Part shown: positions 1 to 11,665 of the stretch, piece by piece
How the letters are laid out: each line of letters starts with the position of its first letter
How positions within the stretch are numbered: position 1 is the first letter of the stretch
Assembly (NCBI RefSeq): GCF_009914755.1
Contig: NC_060925.1
DNA: 64,000 nt
Origin: the human T2T-CHM13v2.0 reference genome, Homo sapiens
Reading direction: 5' to 3' (one strand)
Notes under the pieces: generated by a model
Database searches by the model: none
The model's input: the letters and a program-made list of their open reading frames with translations, nothing else
What the model was told of the DNA's origin: nothing
Position numbers and translations under genes: made by a program

Positions 1-29
1 ATATGTCATTTGTATATATACACATATAT

Positions 30-670
30 ATTACAAACTTGTACATGAAAGCTCGTAGATAGAAGCTTTCTTCATAATTTTCAAAAAGTGAAAGCATCCC
101 AGAAGTCCTTCAATAGGTGAATGGTTAAATGAACTGTGAAACATACATAGCATCGTATGCTACTTGAAATAAAAAGAAGTAAACTATTGATATACATAAC
201 AATTTTGATAATCTCAAAGAAACCATGCTGAGTAATAAAAGGTAATACTATAATATTACAAGTTGTATGATCCACTTATAAAACATTGTTGAGATAATAA
301 AATGTTAGGAAAGGAAACAGATTGGTGGTTGCCAGCGATAAAGGATAAGCAGTGGAAAGGAAGTGGTTGCTATAAAAGGGCAACATAAGAGGTCCTTTTG
401 GTGATGGAACTGTTTATTATCTTTGCTACAGTGGTGGATAAACCTTCACATGTGATAAAATTATACAGAAATAAATTCACACACACAAATAAGTGAAAGT
501 AAAACTGGGGAAATTGGAATAAGATTGTGAATTTTATCAATGTCAATTGCTGTTTGTGATATTGTACTAAAGTTTTGCAAAATGTTACCATTGTGAGAAA
601 CTAGTAAACTGTACCAAGAACCTCTTAGTATTATTTCTTAAAACTACATGTGAAACTAAAATGACCTTAT
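30..670 (+). mobile_element. Old L1 (L1MC/L1MD-like) 3' UTR fragment
   Basis: Degenerate L1M 3'-end text, e.g. 'aataggtgaatggttaaatgaactgtg' and 'gttttgcaaaatgttaccattg...ttatttcttaaaactacatgtg'. Recalled consensus; boundaries approximate. Confidence 0.65.
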
Positions 671-719
671 AATAACAAATTTTAATGGAAAAGTATACTT
701 GCATAAATTGAAATGTAAT

Positions 720-2300
720 CTATGTTCTAAGTTAGAAAGTCTCATGAAATGGTCAGTTCTAAAGTTATTTTTATACATTTAATACAAAAGCAATGAAAAC
801 TGCAAGCTTTTTGGTCAAGCTAGACACATGATCCTAAATCATGAAAAAGTAAATACGTAATATCAACTAGAAAAATACTGAGCAGAAATAGTTAGGAGGC
901 AGGATTTGCTGTATTAAATTTTAAAATTACTGCTGAGAGTATAATAGAATAATGAGGCATTGGAGCCTGTTTGAAAGGAGAGAAGAAGGAAAGAGACCAG
1001 GAAGTGAGGGGAGGGAGATAGAAGACAAACCTAGAAATAGGTCCTACTACATATAGAAATTTAACATATGATAAAATCACTATTGCAAATTACTAGGGCA
1101 AAGATAGTTTTTTAAATATATGGAGTTAGAACAACTGTATAGTTATTTGCCAGAATCAAAATTAGATTCATTCCTCATGTTAACCACAGGAAAAAAAATG
1201 GTTCAGAGATCTAAATGTAAAACTGGAAATGTGGCAATTACAAATACTAGGAAAAAATGGATTTTTTTTCTGTAATCTCAGAGTAGGGAATGGCCTTCTA
1301 ACCAAGACTTAAAATCTATGTGCAATAGAAATATAATCTGTTTGACTACATAAAATTAAAGTAAAATACAGGGGAAAACACCATGAGCAGTTAAAAATAA
1401 TGGAGAAAAAATATGTGTGGCATACATTATAGGTGAAAGGCTAACATCCTTAATATATAAAAAGATTAAACATTGACTAAAGATTTTTAAAATCTATGGA
1501 AAATTGCAAAAGATATTAGAGCAATTCATATAGAGATATGAAAATCGTTATTAGATATATTTTTAATGGTGAATTTCACAATAATAAGATAAATGCAAAT
1601 TAAAACAACCTTAAGATACCACTTCTCATGAAACTGGCAAAAATGCAAAACCTTGACAGGGCATTCTGTTGATGGGAATGTGGAGAAACAGGCATTCTCA
1701 CATATTATTCATGATAATACAAATGATGCAACCCCATTTTGGAAATTTGGGTTATATCTAACAAAACTAACTAAACATCGACCCAATAATTTGCTGATAA
1801 CCAGAAAATAGATCTCTGACAGTACAAAAAAGATGTAGAAAATTATTCATCATAGCACTATTTATAATTGCTAAATATTGCAAAATAACTTCAATATTCA
1901 GGCATAGAAAATTGATTGAATAAGCTTTTGTACATCTACACAATGGAAGCATTATGCAAATGTAAGAAAAGAATGCGGTAGATCTGTATATAGCGTTTCA
2001 AAGAAATATTGCTAAGTGAAAAAAGCTAACTACTAAAAAATATAGAGTACAACCTCTTGTATAGAAAGAAAAGGAAAATAGAGAAAGCATATCTGCTAGC
2101 CTACAAATGAAAACACAGAAAATAAAAGTAAAAAACATTTTAGTGTATTAGCTACAATAGGTGAAAAGTGGGAAGAAGTAAAAGGTATAGGGCAGGGAAT
2201 ATCCCTTCTTGCATGTATCTTCTTGTGCATTTTTGACTTGTGAAGCATGTTAATATTCTTCATATTCAAAACATAAAATCTATAACAATGAGAAACATGG
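720..2300 (+). mobile_element. Highly diverged L1M (L1ME-like) ORF2/3' fragments
   Basis: A-rich strand with L1 remnants such as 'aaatgcaaattaaaacaacc...gatgtggagaaacaggcattctcacat'. Confidence 0.55.
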
Positions 2301-2514
2301 AAGTCCTAAAACTGAAAGAAAATGAAAGCAAATAAACTCAAGCATACTTGAAATGAATATCAGATACACACTGAAGGAGGAAAAAGAAGACAGAATAAAA
2401 TAACAAAACCAGCTTAGTAATAATATAGTCCTTGATCATATGTAATGTTATGGGTGGGGTGAAATGTGGGAGAATTGCTAGCAAATCCTGAACTACTTTT
2501 AATAAATGTATTTG

Positions 2515-3055
2515 TTTATTTATCTAAGTTTTGTTTTAAATTCTGGGGTACATGTTCAGGTTTGTTACGTAGGTAAACTTGTGTCATGGGGGTTTGTTGC
2601 ACAGATTATTTCATCACCCAGGTATTAAGCCTAGTAGCCATTAGTTATTTTTCTGGATTCTCTTCCTCCTCCCACCCTCCACCCATGATACGCCCCAGTA
2701 TGTATTGTTCCCCTCTATGTGTCCATGTGTTCTCACCATTTAGCTCCCACTTAAAAGTGAGAACATGTGGAATTTGGTTTCTGTTCCTGGGTTAGTTTGC
2801 TAAGGATAATGGTCTCCAGCTCCATCCATGTTTCTGCAGACGACATGATCTCATTCTTTTTTACAGCTGCATAGTATTCCATGGTGTGTATGTACCACAT
2901 TTTCTTTATCCGGTCTATTTGTGATGGACATTTAGGTTGATTCCATGTCATTGCTATTGTGAATAGTGTTGCAATGAACATACGTGTGCATGTGTCTTTA
3001 TATATTGTAATGATTTATTTTCTTTTTGGTAGATAGTAATGGAATTGCTGTTTTG
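2515..3055 (-). mobile_element. L1PA (about PA11-PA13) 3' end
   Basis: ORF 2751-2981(-) encodes the ORF2 C-terminus ([20 protein letters not shown]...IKKMWYIHTMEYYAA). It is followed by an L1PA 3' UTR ('gtaaacttgtgtcatgggggtttg') and an eroded tail. Confidence 0.85.
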
Positions 3056-3847
3056 AATATAATGACTAAATATAATTTAATTTTACCCTCACCATTGTAC
3101 AAAAATTATGTGTGCATAGATTTAATTTTTAGATTGATTGTTATATTCCTTCAGTGCTGTATTTGTTGTACAAAGGCAATTTATTATGGTTAAACCTATT
3201 TTTTTCAAACTTCTATTTTCCCTGATGGGGCATCTATTGTTTTTCCACTGCCAGTAATTTATTACTGGAAGATAATTCTGAATAATATGTATTTTATCTA
3301 CAAATGTATCATCGTAAGTTATAGGCTAAAGAAAGAAGAAAGAAAAGTGAATCAGAATTCTAGTAGTCAAGTATATTTGCTTGAAAATTAATTATGCAAA
3401 TTATGCTTAAGTGGGGTGTGTTTTTAAATCAGTATAGAAAGAAAAGACCTGAGTCAATGAAAGCATTCTGTTCATTTCGATACTCCTTCACTTAACATTA
3501 AGTTTTAGATACAATTCCATATCAAAATGATTCATTCACTTGAAAAGCTGAAGACTACATTCTTCTTTTCAGTACTGAGGTGAGTAGCAGAAGTAGAGAG
3601 GTGTTGAAGATAACTCTTGTTGAGATAGATAGTAGGTGCTGCTTTTGGAGGTTTTGGAAATTGAGGCCTAACCTATGGAAACAGGAAGGCTATTCATCCT
3701 CAGAGGGTAGCAATCTGATTTTTATTAGGAATTTTGATTTTTAGAAATCTCCAAGAATATGTTTAGGAATGCCATGGATCTGAAACTAATCCTCAGAATG
3801 AATAAATGAAGGGAACAGATCAGGTACGCAGTGTTTTTTATGAGTAC

Positions 3848-4288
3848 TGTATTAGGGTTCTCTAGAGAGACAGAACTAATAGGATATATATTAACATATA
3901 TATACATGTATGGAGAGTTTACTAAGTATTAACTTACGTGATCACAAAGTTCCACAATCGGGTGTCTGCAAGCTGAAGAGCACGGAGAACCAGTCCGAGT
4001 CCCAAAACTGAAGAACTTGGAGTCCTATGTTGGAGGGCAGGAAGCATCCAGCCCAGGAGAAAGATGTAGGCTGGGAGGCTAGATCTTTCCTTTTCATGTT
4101 TTTCTGCCTGCTTTATATTCCCTGGCAGCTGATTAGATTGTGTCCACTACATTAAGGGTGGATCTGCCGTCCCCAGCCCACTGACTCAAATGTTAATCTC
4201 TTTTGGCAACACCCTCACAGACACACCCAGGAGCAATACCTTGTATCCTTCAATCCAATCAAATTGTTGCTCAGTATTAACCATCACA
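3848..4288 (-). mobile_element. Complete 3' LTR (MLT2A1-like)
   Basis: On minus it begins TGTGATGGTTAATACTGAG and ends CCCTAATACA. TATAAA at 4112-4117, CAATCTAATCA at 4130-4140, poly(A) signal variant AGTAAA at 3918-3923. Confidence 0.9.
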
Positions 4289-4859
4289 AGTCCACCCTTT
4301 GTCAACTTGAACCCATACACATCTCCTGAAATCATACCTAATCTTCAAATAAAGACAATAATAAGGTCATAATTATGCCTAACATAATACAACTATCCCT
4401 CATACAACTGGAAACACACCAATCCCCAACTCAAATACTATTACATAAAGTTAACAATATTTAAATGCTGATATGAAGTCAATAAATTTTATGTCACATG
4501 ATAAAGGAAAAAAGAAATAAAATACAGATATTTTCTCAATACAAGTGTATACATGCACAAACATGTTTTTAACAAAAGAAGGAAGACATACTCATGACAA
4601 TTACAGTCCCCATTTCTGCAGCTGGTCATGTGGTCACAGTTGGTACTGATGACTACCTTCTTCTATTACCCATTCTGTATTCCCTTTGCCCTCAGCAAGC
4701 ACCTCAACACATCGTGGTTATTTTCCTGATGGAGTGACCCAAACTTTCATTCCTGAAGGGTCTGGGCCATTTGTAGTCCTGCCTGGATTGGGCTGTTGTA
4801 GTTTCCCATTGACATTAATCACAGGGCATGGTAATACTAAGAGATGCCCTCATGGATCT

Positions 4860-5110
4860 CCTGGTTTTCATGCATACTCTTCTTCACCTCCGTTGTGGAG
4901 TAGTAGACTGATTTCATCTTGATAGCCTGGGCCAATCACCCCAGCCAACACGGTAACTTCCTTCTTAGCCTGTTGACTTAAAGATAGGAGGAGCCCAAAG
5001 TGTCCAAGTGGCAATCTTAACTTCCAGTTTAATAGGATCATTGTTGTGTCTCCTGGTGGCAGCATTCCTCCCTCTGGAACAAAGACCTCTAGACAAGAAG
5101 AACGTAATAT
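4860..5110 (-). pseudogene. HERV-L dUTPase remnant
   Basis: C-terminal half of ORF 4868-5422: LEVFVPEGGMLPPGDTT...LPLGHFGLL...TVLAGVIGPGYQDEISLLLHN. Its position downstream of integrase is characteristic of ERV-L. Confidence 0.85.
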
Positions 5111-5149
5111 TGTGGGAACAGGAAGCAAAAATTTTGCTACTGGATCACT

Positions 5150-5835
5150 AGGAGTGATGGTGGGTGGTGCCACTTCCATTTCCACCCACTGAATCCTGGA
5201 TCCGTGAATCCTGGCTATGGGAGAAACAGTACCATATATTGGACGCTGATTCAGAGCATACATGGCCTTCTGAAGAACTTTGCCCCAGCCGTGCAAAGTA
5301 CTGTCACCTAGTTGGCATTGCAATTGTGACTTGAAAAGGCCATTCCCCCATTCTATCAATCCAGCTGCTTCAGGATGATGGGGAACATGGTAAGACCAGT
5401 GAATTCCATGAACATGAGCCACTGCTGCACTTCTTCAGCCATAAAGTGAGTGCCTTGGTCAGAGGCAACGCTATGTGGAATACCATGACAGTGGATAATA
5501 CATTCTATGAGTTGATGGAAGGTAGTCTTGGCAGAAGCCTTGCATGAAGGATAGGCAAACTCCCATCCAGAGTAAGCGTCTATTCCAGTGAGCACAAATC
5601 TCTGCCCTTTCCAAGATGGAAGAGGTCCAATATAATCAACCTGCCACTGGGTAGCTGGCTGATCACCCTGAGGAATGGTGCCATATCGAGGTCTCAGTGA
5701 TGGTCTCTGCTGCTAGCAAGTTGGGCACTCAGCAGTGGCCGTAACAAGGTCAGCCTTGGTGAGTGGAAGTCCATGTTGCTGAGCCCATGTGTAACCTCCA
5801 TCCCTGCCACCATGGCCACTTTGTCCATGGGCCAA
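5150..5835 (-). pseudogene. HERV-L integrase remnant (stops and frameshifts)
   Basis: HHCC zinc finger (HGQSGH...ECPTC, then TAG), WQVDYIGP, SDQGTHF and GLIE catalytic motifs, spread over several frames. Confidence 0.9.
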
Positions 5836-5899
5836 AGACGTGGGCGATGACAGAGGTGGCTGGGGAAAGAGGCTGTGTGGTGTCCATGGAATGGGTCAT

Positions 5900-7640
5900 T
5901 CTGTCCACTTTATTATTAAAATCTTCCTCTGCTGAGGTCAACCATTGCTGAGAACTTACATGGGGTACAAATATCTTCACAGTTTTTGTCCACTCAGAGA
6001 GGTCCACCCACATGCCTCCTCCCCAGATTTCTTTGTCACCAATTTTCCAATCATGCTTCTTCCAAGTCCCTGATCATCCAGCCATACCATTGGCTACAGC
6101 CCATGAATCAGTACATAATCACACATCTGGCCATTTCTCCTTCCATGCAAGGTGCACAACCAGGTGCACTGCTTGAAGTTCTGCCCACTGGGAAGATTTC
6201 CTTTCACCGCTGTCCTTCAGGGATGTCCTAGAAAGGAGCTGTAGTGCTGCAGCTGTCCACTTTCTGGTGGTGCCTACATATCATGCAGAACCATCGGTAA
6301 ACCAGGCCCTAGTCCTCTCTTCCTCTGTCAGCTTATCATAGGGAACTCCTGATGAGGCCATCGGTGCAGGCTTTGGGGAGAGAAGGCAGGTGGCAGGAGT
6401 GGAGACTATGGGCATTTGAGCCATTTCCTCATGTAACTTGTGCCTTCAGGATCTGCTGGAGCCTGATCCCATATATACTACTTCCAGTTGATGATGGAAT
6501 GCTGCTGTGCACAACCCACTTTATGGCTGGATGGGTCAGAAAGCACCCAGTTCATGATAGGCAGTTCAGGTCGCATGTTGACTTGATGACTTATAGTCAA
6601 TTTTTCAGTTTCCACCAAAGCCCAGTAACAGGCCAAGAGCTGTCTCTCAAAAGGAGAGTAGTTATCTGCAGAAGATGGCAGGGCCTTGCTCCAAAATCCT
6701 AGAGGCGTCCACTGTGATTCACCTATGGAGGCCTGCCAAAGGCTCCCAAACAGCATCACTATCTGCCACTGACACCTCAAGCACTATTGGATCTGCTGGG
6801 TCATACGGCCCAAGTGGCAGAGCAGCTGGCACAGCAGCCTGGACCTGTTGCAGAGCCTTCTCCTGTTCTGGACCCCACTCAAAACTGGCAGCCTTTCAGG
6901 TCACTGGATAAATGGGCCACAGTAACCCACCCACATGAGGAATGTGTTGCCTCCAAAGTCCAAATAGGCTCACTAGGCGTTGTGCCTCTTTCTTGGTAGG
7001 AAGGGCCAAATGCAGCAAATTATCCTTCACCTTAGAAGGAATATCTCAACAGGCCCCATAACCACTGGAACCCTAGAAATTTTACTGAGGTAGAAGGTCC
7101 CTGAATTTTAGTCAGATTTATTTCCCATCCCATCCTTTGGCATGCAAATGTCTCACCAATAAGTCCAATGTGTTTGCTACTTCTTGCTCTTTTGATCCGT
7201 CAGCATAATGTCATCAATGTAGCCAATCAGTGTGATATCTTGTGGAAGCAAAAAGTGATCAAGATCTCTCTGAATAAGATTATAACACAAAGCTGGAGAG
7301 TTGATATATCCCTGAGGTAGGACAGTAAAGGTATATTTCTGGCCTTGCCAGCTGAAGGCAAATTTCTTCTGGTGTGCCTTATAGATAGGAATGGAGAAAA
7401 ACGCATTTGCCAAGTCAATGGCTGCATGCCAAGTACCAGGAGATGTGTTAATTTGCTCAAGCAATAAAATTACATCTGGTACAGCAGCTGCAATTGGAGT
7501 CACCACTTGGTTAAGCTTAAAATAATCCACTGTCATTCTCCAAGATCCAAATGGGAGAGTTGAATGGGGATGTGGTGGGAATCACCACCCCTGCATCTTT
7601 CAAGTTCTTGATAGTGGCACTAATCTCCACAGTCCCTCAA
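5900..7640 (-). pseudogene. HERV-L reverse transcriptase, connection and RNase H remnant
   Basis: ORF 7177-7536 has [28 protein letters not shown] and YIDD. ORF 6478-6780 has PLGFWSKALPSSADNYSPFERQLLACYWAL. Multiple disruptions. Confidence 0.9.
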
Positions 7641-7689
7641 GGGATGCAACATTGTTTTTGATTTACTATTTTTCTAGGTAGAGCAGCTC

Positions 7690-8103
7690 TAATTGCTTTC
7701 TTTTGGCCTTTTTCACCATAATAGCCCTCATCCTACCAGTCAGGGAGCCAATGTGAGGGTTCTGACAGCTGCTAAGTTCTGCTAAGTTCTGGCACTGGGG
7801 AAATGACCACAAGGTAAGTCTGGGGACCCACTGGACCCACTGTAAGTCAGACTGAGCTAAAATTCCATTAATTACCTGACCTCCCTAAGCCCCTACTTTA
7901 ACTGGAGGTCCACAGTGATATTTTGGATCCCCTGGAATCAATGTCAGTTCAGAACCAGTGTCCAGTAGTCCCCACAATGTCTGATCATTTCCCTTTCCCC
8001 AATGTACAGTTACCCTGGTAAAAGGCCAGAGGTCTCCTTGAGGAAGGATGGGAGAAAGACTCACTGCATAAATTGTTGGTAATGTAGTGGGGTCCCTCCT
8101 CAA
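7690..8103 (-). pseudogene. HERV-L aspartic protease remnant
   Basis: ORF 7885-8103 contains GLLDTGSELTLIPG (retroviral DTG active site). Confidence 0.85.
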
Positions 8104-8127
8104 GGGGACCGAGCCTCCCCTTCAAGG

Positions 8128-8882
8128 TAGCTACGCCCACTTTGCCTTTTACAGTTGAGTGCTGCTGCTTGGCCCCTGACTCCTTGGGATCCAATTATTT
8201 TCATTGTATTTAAATTTTGTAGTTGAGTAACTGCAGTTCCCACAGTTAGATGTGACATACAGAGAAGAGCAATTACAGAGCTCTTCAAAGATGCAGGTGC
8301 TGTCCTCACAAATCTAATTCGCAAGGCATTGGTCAAGCGTATATCTTTTGGACCCTCCCAGCTGGGATGAGTAGGTCTAAAGTGACTAATCCACCCTACC
8401 ATCCCAATCTCCCTAAGCCTTTGGATCTGTTCCTCTGCATTAAACCAACAGAGATCAGGCATTTCTAGCTCACTCACAGTGGGCCATATTTCAGCTAAAC
8501 AAACAAATAAACTATTAGAACCTTTTTTAGCTCCCTGATCTGCAACATTAAAAGCAGGGTCCCTACTTAGTGGGCCCAAATCAATAAATTCAGCCTGATC
8601 CAACTTTATGTTCCTTCCACCATTATCCTATACCCTTAATATCCATTCCATGCCTGTTCTCCAAATTTCTGTTTATATAAATTACAGAACTCAAACAGTT
8701 CTTTTTGAGTGTAGCACACCTCCTCAAGGGTCACACTCTCAACCTCACCTCTAGGGGCCCACTGCGACTTTAGTCTAGTTATAGGTCTGGAAGTAAACAG
8801 AGGCATTGGGGGTGGCTCCTGAGGAGAATCAACATTATCTTGCCTGGCAACTGCATCAGGGGAGGCCATCACTATTGCCTCG
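8128..8882 (-). pseudogene. HERV-L gag remnant (5' and 3' parts deleted)
   Basis: ORFs 8100-8603 (DQAEFIDLGPLSRD...WPTVSELEMPDL...IQRLREIGM) and 8636-8962 (MASPDAVARQDN...YTQKEL.EF.NLYKQK) are ERV-L gag-like. Confidence 0.85.
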
Positions 8883-9153
8883 GTCAGATGTTCAATGGCA
8901 GGAAGCATCCAGCACAGGAGAAAGATGTAGGCTGGGAGCCTAGGCCAATCTCTCCTTTTCACGTTTTTCTGCCTGCTTTATATTCCCTGGCAGCTGATTA
9001 GATTGTGCCCACCAGATTAAGGTTGGGTCTGCCTTTCCCAGTCCACTGACTCAAATGTTGATCTCTTTTGGCAATACCCTCACAGACACACCCAGGATCA
9101 ATACTTTGTATCCTTCAATCCAATCAAGTTGACGCTCAGTATTAACCATCATA
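8883..9153 (-). mobile_element. Truncated 5' LTR (MLT2A1-like); distal ~175 bp, PBS and leader lost
   Basis: Aligns to 4022-4288 of the 3' LTR (hand count about 20 substitutions plus one 4-nt indel in ~255 nt), then joins gag directly at ~8882. Confidence 0.9.
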
Positions 9154-9333
9154 GGTACCTTAAGAGGTAGACTTTCGACATAGATACAACTTCTGAAAGT
9201 TAATATGCATCATTCTCACAATGAGATATCTTCCCCTATTTTCTTCAGACATATAGCTTTCTTGTTCTGTATTATACCACTTTACTTTTGAAACCAGAAG
9301 GGGTTTCAAATCATACAAACAAGCAAGGTCTGA

Positions 9334-9653
<320 letters not shown>

Positions 9654-10378
9654 TAGCTTCTATTCAGCCCCTTAGGCATTTCTTTGAGAAGCAGACTACT
9701 TTGTCTACTTTGTACACATGTGAGTCAATATGAGTAAGACAAACAGAATATCCCTGTAGCCTATGTTAGCCTGCTGGAGCCCCCATTTTCCACAGCCATA
9801 CAATAATGAGGAAAGGGAGGAGAAGGGACCTATCATGTGTTGATGGTTGAAAAGGAAAGTATTTTGCTTTCTGTGGAATGCAGTACTTTAGAGGAAAATC
9901 AGATAGTTATTACAATTATTGTTTCCTATGGTTATGTTTTCCCTGAAACCACTGGATGTTCTATACTTGCTGACTTGCCAATGGAATCTTTAGTATTTTT
10001 CCTTTTCTATGATCAATGTTGTTATGCAAGAAACTTCTGTTGCTTTGTTCAAACTCTCCTGCAGTCCCGTTTATCTACTTTTCATCCTCCACTTTTTGGA
10101 TTGCTTTGTTCACTATCCTTGTGAAACAAATGTGGCACCTTGTAATGATCAAGTTCTAATTCCATATCTGTCTGTTTGACTATACCTTATCAAAAAATAC
10201 TATGCTGCAATAACTGCACACACTCTAATTTCAGTTACATGTTTTAATTCATTTAACCTTTGCCTATTTCTCTTCCCTCGTGTTCCACAAATGTAGTTCT
10301 CAATATTTTATACTAAGACAATTTTGCTAATCTTTAAAAAGAAACAAGAATTTAGAGCTGATATACCAAAGCACTCTT

Positions 10379-10384
10379 TTTATT
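10379..10384 (-). terminator. Candidate OR6F1 polyadenylation signal AATAAA
   Basis: TTTATT on + about 270 nt downstream of the stop. A second AATAAA overlaps the stop codon (10654-10659). Confidence 0.35.
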
Positions 10385-10654
10385 GCAGATGTCTCTAATT
10401 TATAAACCAAAGTCCAGAGCAAACCTAATTCAATGTATAATTATTTTTTGCTTAAAAATCCCATTTGCTTATGTCAAAAACTCCCATTTTTATCATACAT
10501 GATAATGTATAGAAAATACAGTATTGCTTGTTTTGTTTGTTTGTTTTTTCTCTGTGTACCAAGAAAGATTTGCCCTATTCCTCCACATTCTTACTTGGAA
10601 CCTCTGTATAGATGCAGAGACCATTTACAGGACATCTGTTGTGGTAGAGGAGAT

Positions 10655-11581
10655 TTATTTTCCCTTCCATTTCTTCAGCAGAGTCTCTCTTACTTCCTTA
10701 TTACGAAGCGTATAGATGAAGGGGTTTAAAACTGGAGTCACCACAGTGTTCAGGACGTGGACAGCTTTGATCAGATCCAAGGCATCTTTGATAGAGGTGC
10801 GGACGTGAAGGAAAACTGTGGACCCATACCAAATGAGCACCACGGTGAGATGCGAGGAGCACGTGGAGAAGGCTTTGCTCCGGCCACTGGCAGAGGGGAT
10901 CCTGAGGATGGTGCTGATGATGTACACATAGGAGACAAAGGTGATGAGGCATGAACTCAGGATAACCACAACAGCAATCACAAAGGCCACAAGCTCTACT
11001 GCCTGTGTGTTGGTGCAGGCCAGGGCAATCCAGGGTGCAATGTCACAGAAGAAGTGGTTGATGGCACGGGGGCCACAGAAGGACAGGCCACTGATGAGGG
11101 CTGTGGGCACTGCAATGGCCACGAAACCACACACCCAGGAGCCCAGGGCCAGCTGCGCTGAGAGCAGGCTACTCATGATGGCTCCGTAGTGTAAAGGATA
11201 GCAGATGGCAAGACAGCGGTCATAAGCCATGGCTGCCAGGAGGAAGTACTCTGTGCAGCCTAATGAGAAAACAAAGTACATCTGCAAAAGACAGCTTGTA
11301 AATGATATGGTCTGACTTCTCCCCAGTAGGATGGCCAGTGCTTTGGGCACTGCTGCTGTGGTATACCAAATCTCCAGGAAGGAGAGGTTGCTCAGAAAGA
11401 AGTACATGGGGGTATGCAACTGATGGGAGGTGCTCACCAACATCAAGATAGCCACATTACCACTAACTGTGAGGATGTACATCACCAGAAAAAGCATAAA
11501 GAGAGAGAGCTGAAGAGTTTGAGAACCAGGAAAGCCCAGTAAGAGAAAGTCCTGGGGCAGAGTTTTGTTGCCTGTGTCCAT
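10655..11581 (-). CDS. OR6F1: Olfactory receptor family 6, 308 aa
   Basis: [17 protein letters not shown] start with N-glycosylation site; [36 protein letters not shown] and [10 protein letters not shown] motifs. ATG at 11581; the ORF-track extension to 11683 starts at TTG. Confidence 0.96.
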   Translation of the reverse strand: MDTGNKTLPQDFLLLGFPGSQTLQLSLFMLFLVMYILTVSGNVAILMLVSTSHQLHTPMYFFLSNLSFLEIWYTTAAVPKALAILLGRSQTISFTSCLLQMYFVFSLGCTEYFLLAAMAYDRCLAICYPLHYGAIMSSLLSAQLALGSWVCGFVAIAVPTALISGLSFCGPRAINHFFCDIAPWIALACTNTQAVELVAFVIAVVVILSSCLITFVSYVYIISTILRIPSASGRSKAFSTCSSHLTVVLIWYGSTVFLHVRTSIKDALDLIKAVHVLNTVVTPVLNPFIYTLRNKEVRETLLKKWKGK

Positions 11582-11587
11582 TGTGGT

Positions 11588-11665
11588 ACTGAAACCAGAA
11601 AACAGAGTCCCCGCACTGAGCCCTTTAACCCAATCACACAGTCCTAGAAAGATAAAAAGAATGGA
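11588..11665 (-). promoter_or_regulatory. Two candidate 3' splice acceptors upstream of the OR6F1 ATG
   Basis: Minus strand: 'ttctttttatctttctAG|gac' (AG 11645-11644) and 'ctgttttctggtttcAG|taccacaATG' (AG 11590-11589). Confidence 0.6.

Larger units (their letters stand above)
3848..9153 (-). mobile_element. HERV-L (ERVL) provirus, internally deleted, MLT2A1-type LTRs; gag-pro-pol-dUTPase, no env
   Basis: Two homologous LTRs bound gag, protease, RT, RNase H, integrase and dUTPase remnants. The 5-bp TSD is AGTAC (3843-3847) / GGTAC (9154-9158), one mismatch. PPT 'aaagggtggact' (minus) lies at 4289-4300. Confidence 0.95.

Noticed and set aside
4300-4860. Possible env gene between dUTPase and the 3' LTR
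   Set aside because: Too short, AT-rich, and no env-like ORF; ERV-L elements lack env.
10701-11189. ORFs overlapping OR genes on other frames or strands (also 22263-22774, 37499-37792, 56852-57130)
   Set aside because: Shadow ORFs caused by OR codon composition; similar antisense peptides recur at each OR.
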